DNA of 64,000 bases from Leucoraja erinacea (taxonomy: Eukaryota), in the NCBI RefSeq assembly GCF_028641065.1, contig NC_073391.1, positions 34,100,001 through 34,164,000 on the forward strand. Direction: 5' to 3'. A program made the translations under genes and the position numbers. Every line of letters begins with the position of its first letter. Position 1 is the first letter of the stretch. Under the pieces are notes generated by a model. The model saw only the letters and a list, made by a program, of their open reading frames with translations, had not been told where the DNA came from and did no database searches. Shown here one piece after another: positions 12,783 through 23,000 of the stretch.

Positions 12783-13640
12783 TGAAAAGAGTAGGATAAC
12801 ATTGAACTTGTGTGAACCGGTGATTGGTGGTCAGCATGGACTTGGTGGGCCGAAGGGCCTGTTTCCGTGCTGCTTCTTTTAATCTTTATGTTATCCCACT
12901 CCCTGTACATTAAGGGGTTATTTAATAGTGGCTCAATTAATCTACAAACCCGCAAGACTTTGGGATGTGGGAGGGAAACGGAGCACCCAGAGGGAACCCA
13001 CGCGGTCACAGGGAGAACGTGCAAACTCCGCACGGACAGAGCCTGAGGTCAGGATCGAACCAGGGTCTCTGGCGCTCTGAGGCAGCAGCTCTACCAGCTG
13101 GACTGCTGTCTCTCTCAAATGCCTGACTGATTCATTTGTGCAGTCCAGGCCAGCAAAGGACGGTTTCATCACATGTAATGCTGAATAAAAATCAGTGTGA
13201 GGCAATGCCACTCTGCTCCTCTAACTTTAGAGATGCAAAGGTCTTTGGAGAAGGCATGGAAGAGAGATTTGCTGGAACAAGTCCAGGAATGAAGGGTTCC
13301 AATAGTCAAGAGTGTTTTGAGTGCAGAAGTTGGGAGGTCATGTTGCTGTTATATAAGACATTGGTGAGGTCGCACTTAGAGCATTGTGTTCAGTTCTGGG
13401 CATCATGTTACAGGAAAGATGTTGTCACGTTGGAAAGGGTGCACAGAAGATTTATGAGGATGTTGTCAGGACTCGAGGATCTGAGCTATAGGGAGAGGTT
13501 GAGCGGGCAGGAGGATAAGGGATGATCTTATAGTGGTGTATAAAATGTTGAGAGGAATAGATCAGGTAGATTTACAGAGTCTCGTGTCCAGGGGAGGGGA
13601 ATTGAGAAACATAGGTTTAAGATGAAGGTGGAACGATTTA

Positions 13641-13970
13641 AAGCCCTGTCCCACGTTACGAGTTAATTCCAAGAGCTCTCCCGAGTTTAAAAAAAATCAA
13701 ACTCGTGGTAAGCATGGAGAATGAACGTAGTGGGTACGTTGGAGCTCGGGGACGTCTCTTAGTGGCTCATAGCGCTAACGGCAGGTACTTGGGAAGACTC
13801 GCTAATGGCAGGTAAGCATGGGAAGACTCATGAAGATTTTTCAACATGTTGAAAAATGTCCATGAGTGCCCCGAGTACCGACGAGTGGCCATTACCGTAA
13901 ATCTCTGAGTTTGAATCAGGGCAAACTCGGGAGAGCTCTTGGAATGAACTCGTACCGTGGGACAGGGCTT
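13641..13970. mobile_element. PIF/Harbinger-type MITE (330 bp) inserted in a CR1 fragment
   Basis: TIRs of ~45 bp (aagccctgtcccacgttacgagttaattccaagagctctcccgagttt / aaactcgggagagctcttggaatgaactcgtaccgtgggacagggctt). 3-bp TTA target duplication at 13638-40 and 13971-73. Removing it restores CR1 gatttaacaggga. Confidence 0.8.
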
Positions 13971-15967
13971 TTAACAGGGATCTGAGGGGTAACTTTTTCA
14001 CACAAAGGGGAGTAGGTGTATGGAATGAGCTGCCAGAGGAGGTGGTTGAGGCAGGCACTATTGCAACATTTAAGAAATAATTAGACTGGTACGTGGATAG
14101 GATAGGTTAAGATGGATATTGGCCAAACGCAGGCAGGTGGGACTAGTGTTGATGGGGCATGCTTGTCGTTGTGGGCATGTTGGGCCGAAGAGCATGTTTT
14201 CACACTGTATGACTAATTGGCATATATATTGGCAATGGAACAATTAAATTCTTACTTGCTGCAGCTTAACAGACTCGTAAAACACAACAACACAGAGATA
14301 AATAACAATGAACAAAAATCCAATAAGTCAATAATTAGTAACACTCGATAACAGTGCAAATTGAAATCTGTAGTGCAAACAAAACTAAGTCCATAGAATG
14401 ATTCAAGAACGTGATGGTTGCTGGGGAGAAGATGTTCTTGAACCTAGAGGTCACAATATTCAGGCTCCTGAAACTTCTTTCCGATGGTCGCAGTGAGATG
14501 AGAGCATGGCTAGAGTGGTGTGAGTCATTGAAGATGCTGGTTGCCTTTTTAAGGCAGCAGCTCCTGTAGATCCCTTCGATGGTGGGGAGGTCAGTACCTG
14601 TGATGGATCAGGCAGCGTCCACCACTCTCCGTAGTTTGTTTATCATGGAAAGACATAAAATGCTGGTGAAACACAGTGGGGTCAGGCAGCATCCCTGGAG
14701 AAATTGGAACGTTTTTCCAAAGAAGGACACAAAATGCTAGAGTAACTTAACGGGTCAGAATCATATATGTAGCGACTGTTCTCCAGGGATGTTGCCTGAC
14801 CTGCGGAGTCACTCTGGCAACTCTGTGTCTTTCCAGGGACATGGTGGTGGGAGCTTTGCTGTACATCCAATGCAAACTGTCCCAGCCTGCTGGTGCATAA
14901 GGGATGGTAGATATAACTCCTATCATTCCACCGATAAAAACACACCAATCGAAGAGTGCAAAAGGTTATTCGCTGGCAATAAATCTGCCAACTGGCTGCT
15001 CTCACCCAGATCTTTCTTAAACAGCCGGAGTCAGATAAACTTCCACACAACCAAAAGCAAAGAGAGGGCTGCTGGCTTCCTGCAGATTGCACCGAAGCGA
15101 GGCATTCTTTATGGTCAGATCCTCGGGAATTCTCCTGGGGGAATTCCATGAAGAAAGAGTTCGCATTTCAATGGCACATAGCCCTGTTCTCCAGAGATGT
15201 TGCCTGACTCACTGAGTTACTTAGTTTTAGTTTAGTTTAGAGATACAGCATGGAAACAGGTCCTTCGGCTCACCGAGTCCGTGTCGACCAGCGATCCCCG
15301 CACACTAACACTATCACACAGTAGGGACAATTTACAATTTTTATCGAAGCCAATTAATCTACAGATCTGTACGTATTTGTGGGAGGAAACGGGAGCACAC
15401 AGAGAAAATCAACGCGGTCACGGGGAGAATGTACATACCCCGTAAAGACAGCACCGATACTACAGCATTTTGTCTTTATTTTTTAAACCCATCTGCAGTT
15501 CCTTGTGTCTAAATAATGTTAATGCTTCAAGACAATCAAAAGTAACTGATAATATTGACCCCTTTTTGCTATTGGTATCTTAATTGGACTCGTCACCCCC
15601 TACCCCCTTACTTTTAGTCTGAAGATGGGTCCCGACCCAAAACATTACCTATCCTTTTTCTCCAGAGATGTTACTTGACCCGCTGAGTTACTCCAGCACT
15701 TTGTGTCTATCTTTGGTGTAAACAAGCATCTTTGTTTCCACGAGGTGCCAGAGGTAGTTGAGTCAGATACTATAACAGCATTTAAAAGACACTTCTGCGC
15801 GTACATGGTTAGGAAAGGTTTTCAGCGGCAGGGGCCAATTGCAGAAAAATGGGTCTAGCTTGGATTAAGAGTCAAGAGTGTTTAATTGACAGATGTACAG
15901 AAAATGGAACAATGACGTTCTTTCTTGCAGCTGCATAACAGGCAACAGCATCTTGGTCAGTATGGAT

Positions 15968-16262
15968 GTTTAGTTTAATTTAGAGATACAGTGTGGAAAC
16001 AGGCCCTTCGGCCCACCGAGTCCGCAACGACCAGCGATCCCGCACATTGTACACACACTACGGACAATTTAAACATTCACCAAAGCCAATTAACCTACAT
16101 AACTGTAAGTCTTTGGAGTGTGGGAGGAACCGAAGATCTCGGAGAAAACCCACGCGGTCAAGGGAAAAACGTAGAAACTCTGTACAGACAGTACCCATAG
16201 TTGGGATCGAACTCGGGTCACTGGCGCTGTAAGGCAGCAACTCTACGCTGTGCCACCGTGGC
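15968..16262 (-). mobile_element. HE1-like V-SINE, near full length
   Basis: Minus strand head ggcacagcgtagagttgctgccttacagcgccagtgacccgagttcgatccc, and 3' end gggccgaagggcctgtttccacactgtatctctaaa. Confidence 0.85.
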
Positions 16263-16754
16263 GGCACACGGATTAATTCAATAATCAATAGTGTTTTATT
16301 TGGCACGTATGCAACTGCAGTGAAATTTACTTTGCATGGATTACACATGTGGGCGCCGTCATTATTCAAAGTCTGGTGGGGCATTATATTCGGTATAATG
16401 GAACAGTTCCCGTGAACCGACGTTCCTCTCCTCTCCGAATTCAACAGAATGGCCTAATTCCCTGCTGTCTGACTCTATGAACAGTCATTATAGACCTCCA
16501 GTCTGATTAACAACACTCGACCAATACCCTGCTTCCTACCTTCAAGCCGATTTTGTATCCAACTGGCAAGCTCATCTTGAACCCCGTGTGATCTAGCCTT
16601 CCAGCCTACAACATGGTACCTTGTCAGGCCGTACTAAAGTCAATGCAGACAATATCTATCACAATATCTATCCTCAGCAAACAGAAGTGAAAATAAAGTT
16701 CACCTTCAATAAATTTGCACAGATTTCCAGGCCGGGACTATTAGACTGATAAGT

Positions 16755-17490
16755 CTCTACACCAACGACTGCACCTCCACAGACATCTCTGTCAAGCTTC
16801 TCAAGTTTGCGGATGACACAACCCTGATAGGACTGATCCAGGATGGGGAGGAATCTGGTGCCATCGCAACAATCTAGAGCTCAATGCTCTTAAGACAGTG
16901 GAATTGATTGTAGACTTTAGGAGTTACCCCTCTCCTCACCGTACTCACCATCAACAACACCACTGTCACATCTGTGGAGTCTTTTAAGTTCCTGGGAACC
17001 ATCATCTCCAAGGACATTAAGTGGGGGGCTACCATCGACTCCACAATCAAAAAGGCACAGCAGAGGATGTACTTCCTACGGCAGCTGAGGAAGCACAATC
17101 TACCCACGGGCAATGATGTTCCAATTCTACACGGCCATCGTAGAGTCTGTTCTCACCTTCTCCATCATGGTCTGGTTTGGCTCAGCCACCAAGCAAGACC
17201 CTTGGAGGCTGCAGCGAATCGTCCGATCAGCTGAGGAGGTTATTGGCTGCAACCTTCCCTCCATTGATGAAGTGTGCACTGCAAGGGCCAGGAAGCGAGC
17301 AGGCACGATCATCTTTGACCCCTCTCATGCTTGATCGATGGTGTTTTATCATTAATGTTTTATTATTATTAATATTTCGTGTTTTCCGAGTCATTCGTAA
17401 GTGTCACTGTATGTCATGTTGTTACATATGGGCGGAGCACCAAGGCAAATCCTTGTATGTGAATACTTGGCCAATAAACTTACTTACTTA
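16755..17490 (+). mobile_element. Rex1/Babar-like LINE fragment (second family)
   Basis: LYTNDCTSTDISVKLLKFADDTTLIGLI and FKFLGTIISKDIKW...AQQRMYFLRQLRK, with tail aataaa(ctta)n. Confidence 0.8.
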
Positions 17491-18499
17491 TATAAAGTTA
17501 ATTGTGTCAGAAGGAACTGCAGAAGCTGGTTTATATTGAAAATAGACACAAAATGCTGGAGTAACATAGCAGGTCAGGCAGTATCTGTAACATCCAGGTT
17601 CAGGAACAGCTTCTTCCCTACACCCATCACACTATTAAATACTACAACCTGCAAATAAGCTCTGAAGTACATAGACTTGGAGGCATTGGTTTTGTCTTTT
17701 TGTACTATTATTGTTTGTATATGTATATATATATACACACACATTCACACTGAATTGCTCCTTTGTTCTAAAGATACTGTCTGACCCATTGAGTTACTCC
17801 ATCTTTATGTGTGTCTTATGTCGATATATTCTGTGTAGGAAGGAACTGTACGTGCTGGTTTAAACTGAAGAGAGTCACAATAAGCTGGAGTAACTCAGCG
17901 GGTCAGACAGCATCTCTGGAAAAAAGAAACAGGTGACGTTTCAAGTCGAGACCCTTCTTCATATTTTGCTGTAATCTTAATTGGCGTAAGAATTCCATTG
18001 TTCTGTTTGGGACAAATGACAACAAAACACTCTTGACTCTTCATAAGATCATGTGATAGGAGTCGAATGAGGCCATTTGGCCCATCAAGTCTGATCTATC
18101 TCTCCCTAACCCCATTCTCCAGCCTTCTCCCCATAAGAGGAGGCCACCTACTCTTAAAAAATAATAGGTAAACTTTTGGTTGGAACCCTTCTACCATTTA
18201 AGCAATTACTCGTAATTGATTGCCTTGAGATGTTTTGAATAAAAACCTCTATTGCGTTAAATAAAGATGTAGCAGCACATCTAACAGTTTGCTGAATCTT
18301 TCTCCTCACTAACTACAATGTCCTTTAAAAGGGTGCCTGACTGGAAACGTCTTGCTAAACACAGTAAGCAAGTGAATGATTGGGAGCTGTAAAAAAAGAT
18401 CACGATGCGAGTTGCTATGGAAATTGCTGAAAGAGCAAGTTAAATAATAAAGTGAAATGTTCTCTTGCCTTCCTCTGCTTCATGGAATTAGGTCAGTGG

Positions 18500-20075
18500 T
18501 TGTGGGCCCGGCCTGACCTGGCCACCACGCATGCGCCGGATTCCCCCCCCTCCCGGCCAAAGATCCCGGCCGTCGAGAGGTGGCGGCGCATGCGCGCGAT
18601 TGAATCTCCCGCCTCCAGCTCGGCGCGCGCACGCAGTAGGCGGCCGCCCGACGGAATGGCGTCACGCGAGAACCGGAATTCAGCGCGTGCGCGCCGCGGC
18701 CGTTTACAGCAAAGATTTAGCAGGGGAACGGACAAGAGGTTTAATGCACAATCTGCAGATGTATAACGCATATTACACATTGCACAGTCCACAAAGTGTA
18801 GTAAATACCTCATGGAAGAATTAAAAAATCTAAAGAACGTATTTTCACATTAAGCCATTTCCTGCAGATAAAGATGGGCTTTTGGACAAACCGGTTCACT
18901 CCGGTTTCGGGCGGTTCCCACGCCTGCGCAGTTGCTTCGCGTCAACCCCCAGCAGCCTCTACAATGTATTTCCCGGCAGTAAAACGGGAGTGCGCGCATT
19001 AGTGGATTAACCAATTATAATTTTGTAAGAATGAGTGCAAAGTGATAAAAAAATATGTAGGGTCTTGTGGCCGAGCGAGTCGCCGCGCGTGCGTACTGTG
19101 ACGGGTGTGGCTGCCGTCGGCGGTACGCATGCGTGGCCGCGGGGAGGTGGTGACGGAGCTGCGCACGCGCTGTACGGCGGCCAGCAGCGCGCATGCGCGA
19201 GGGGCGGAGGGAACAGAGTGCCGGGCGGCCGTGCGCATGCGGGCGGGGCGTGTCGGCGGCGCAGGGCGGCCGTGCGCATGCGGGAGGGGCGCGGCCAGGC
19301 GGCACGCACGCGCGGGGCAGGGCGGCGGCGGGCAGTGCGCATGCGGGGAGGCGGGCCAGCGATCCCAGGGTGCTTCAGTGGACAACAAGGGACGGAAGCG
19401 AAGGATCGCACAGCCGCCCTGAGAGAAAAAAAAAACCCAGATAGAGAAGCAACCCGCTCCGTGTCAGAATCATTTTCGTGCGCGGCAGATCGGCAGTAGT
19501 CGGGGAACAGTGAGCCAGGCTCGCCGACCCTCCGGTCGCCATGGTGCAGACGGACAAAGTGCCCCCGGGCCCCCAGGACAGCGGCAGCAACAGCGGCGGA
19601 GGAGACTGCTCCCCGCCCGCACAACCCTCCCCTGCCCCCGTCCCCGCGGCCGATGTTGGCCTCCCCGTCCCGCCCGGCGACCCCCCGGCCACGGCCGAGC
19701 CCGCCGCCACCGACGCCCCCGATCCCACCCTCGCCTACGGCGGCCTCGACAATCGGCCGGCGCCGCCTCGCACCGACTCTTCCGGCGGCAAGAAGTTTCT
19801 GTGCGGCGTCGTGGAAGGTAAATGAGTTAAACAGTGGCGAGCGCCTTTAAAATACCCACGTCCCGATCGGCGGCGGGGGTGTAACATGTATTCCATTAAC
19901 GATGCACCATGCAGGCGGCACAGTCTTCCTCGGTGTGGAAAGCGCGGCTTGTTTGTCCCTCTGGCTCCTTCCTGCCGCCGCGGGAGGGGCGACGTTGCTT
20001 CTGAAGTCATAACATCCTCTAATTCTATCTCTCCCGTGAATAACAACGTGCACCTGGGACGTCCGACGGTGTAGA
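18500..20075 (+). promoter_or_regulatory. CpG island / OGA promoter with multiple NRF1-type GCGCATGCG motifs and GC boxes
   Basis: Very high GC and CpG density against a CpG-depleted background. Spans OGA exon 1. Confidence 0.85.
19541..19817 (+). CDS. OGA: OGA coding exon 1 (Pro/Ala-rich N-terminus ... FLCGVVE-G)
   Basis: gtcgccATGG Kozak context; GAA G|gtaaat donor. Confidence 0.92.
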
Positions 20076-23000
20076 ATTGTTATTGTCACCTGTACGGACT
20101 GCAGTAATAAGCTTTGCCTTCCAATTAAAGATAATGCTAGACGCAAGGAATGTGTGGCAGCACAGTGACGCAGCGGTAGTTGTTGCCTCGTAGCACCAGA
20201 GATCCGGTTTCCATTCTGACCACGGGTGTTGTCTGAACGGGGTTTGTACAAACACAAAATGCTGGAGTAACCCAGCGGGATAGACAACATCTTGAGGGAA
20301 AGAATGGCTGACGTTTTGGGTCGAGACCCTTCAGACAGAGTCAGGAGAGAGGGCGACCAGAGATATAGATGGATAAGGTGTGAAAACGAAAGATCAAAGC
20401 AGATGGTGATCAAGGAAATGTAGAATGGTTCATTGTTGGCCATGGGGAAGGTGACAAAGGGGGCATATAATCAGGTGGACAGCGGAACTAGTACTTATTG
20501 GTGTCATAAGGTCCTAAGTGATAGTAGAATCAGGCCATTCGGCCCATCAAGTCTAATCCACCATACAATCTTGACTGATCTATCCCTCCCTTCACCCCAT
20601 AACCTCTGATACCTGTACTAATTAGGGATGGATTAACTCGCATCTGCAATTCCTTCCAACACACACATTTGTAGGTTAATTGGCTTCTGTAAATTTTCCC
20701 ATAGTATAGGATAGAACAAGTGTCCAGTGTGATCACTGGTCAGTGCTGACACGGTTGGCCGATAGGCCTGTTTCCGAGCTATATCTCTAAAGTCTGAAGG
20801 AACTGCTGCTGCCGGCTTACAAAGACGAGGTGTATGAGTAACTCAACTGGTCGGGTCGCATCTCGGGTGAAGCAGCCTTCTTCGTAAATATAAGCAAGCT
20901 AAACTCAAGTACAATAATAGGTAGAGCAAAGAGAACTATAGAGAGCAAAATATAGTTTCTCAGCATTGTAGTCTAACGGTTCCAAAGACCAATGTCCGCA
21001 AAGGGGTTGAGGTGAATCTTGACAGTACCCTAGCTTTTGGAAGGACTGATCAGAAACCTAATAATGAAGGGGAAGTAGCTATTCCTGAGTCTGGCGGTGC
21101 ACGCTTTCAAACTCCTGTATCTTCTGCCGAACGGGGTTGGGATGTAAGGTGGTGGGGTTGTTAATGCTTGTTTTGGGGACTAGCTCCCTTCAGTTTTCTC
21201 TTCAGCATATAAATGGCATGCTCAATTGGGTTCAGATCGGGTGATTGACTTGGCCACTCAAGAGTTGACCATTTTTTAGCTTTGAAAAACTTCTTTGCTG
21301 CTTTAGCAGTATGTTTGGGATCATTGTATTGCTGTAGAATGAACCGCCGGCCAATTAGTTTGGACGTATTTGTTTGAACTTGAACAGATAGGATGTGTCT
21401 ATACACTTCGGAATTCATTATGCTACTACCATCAGCATTTGTATCATCAATTAAGATAAGTGAGCCAGTTCCTTCAGCAACCATACATGCCCAGGCCATA
21501 ATACTCCCACCACCGTGTTTCACAGATGAGGTGGTATGCTTTGGATCTTGGGCAGTTCCTTCTCCTCCATACTTTGCTCTTGCCATCACTCTGATATGTC
21601 AATCTTCATCTTATCTGTCCACAAGACCTTTTCCCAGAACTGTGGTTGCTCTTTTAAGTACTTCTTGGTAAACTCTAATCTGACCATCCTGTGGTTGGCA
21701 TCTTGCAGCGTACTGCTGTATTTCTGTTCATGAAGTCTTCTGCGGACAGTGGTCATTGACAAATCCATATCTGACTCCTGAAGAGTGTTTCTGATCTGTC
21801 GGACAGGTGTTTGGGAATTTTTCTTTATTATAGAGAGAATTCTTCTGTCATCAGCTGTGTAGGTCTTCCTTGGCCTGCCAGTCCCTTTGCGATTAGTAAA
21901 CTATAACCAGTGGTCTCTTTCTTAATGATGTTCCAAGCAGTTGATTTTGGTAAGCCTAAGGTTTGGCTAATGTCTCTTAACAGTTATTCTTGTTTCTCAG
22001 TCTCATAGTGGCTTCCTTGACTTTCATTGGCACAACTCTGGTCCTCATGCTGACAAACTGCAATGACATTTCCAAAGGTGATTAAAAGACTGGAGGAAAG
22101 ACTAGGTGCTGAGAGCTCTCTTGCACCTGCATTAAGGAGGCAATTAAACACACCTGAGCAATTACAAACACCTATGAAGTCCCATGTGTTCCAAACATAA
22201 TGGTGCCCTGAAATGGGGGAACTATGTATAAATCATGGTGAAACCAAAATGTTTAAAAATGGCCATTAATAAAGTCTGACAATGTGTACTTTAACATGTG
22301 ATTTTTCCTATTACAAATCTGAAATTGTGGAGTACAGAGGGAAATAAATAAATGACAGGTCTTTGTCCCAAACATTATGGAGGACACTGTAAATTTATTG
22401 GGGAATGGGGTTAGGAATTTGGATGGTAACTGGCTGAAACAATGATTCTCCATATGGCCATTTTGATCTAATCCTGATGTTAAAACACCCATCACACCAT
22501 GGCTCCTTTCAACAAGATCCCTAATGTATCTGTTTTACTTGATTATTTTAAAGCCTTAGTGTAAAATTAAACACTGTCTAAAGTTGACATTTTGATCATT
22601 TGCAGAATGCTAGGTAGAAATAGTGGTGCCTTTCCTCCTCCTTGGCGCTGTTGAATTAAACCTACTGACACAGTATTACCATGCCTGTGAAATCTGCTTA
22701 AACTGTTCCAGTCTCTTGCAACAGCTGACAGCTTGCTATTTGGTTCGCTGCCACATTCCTTTTGTATTGTATTGTATTGTATATCTTTATTGTCATTTCC
22801 TGAGTATTCACATACCCAGAGGAAACAAAAAAACGTTGCTCAACCAGTGTCCATTCAGTGTGCATTAAAAATAAATAGAAATAAAAATACATATATCATG
22901 AACAAATTTAACACTCTACTAAACATTCAACAGGCGTTCCGATCGGCAGCGGCACAACAGTGGCTCTGCTGCAGTGTGTCCAGGTTGGTGGTTGGTGCGC

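Noticed and set aside
18452-20046. Many overlapping Arg/Ala/Pro-rich ORFs on both strands
   Set aside because: A by-product of the GC-rich CpG island. Only the frame starting at 19541 has homology.
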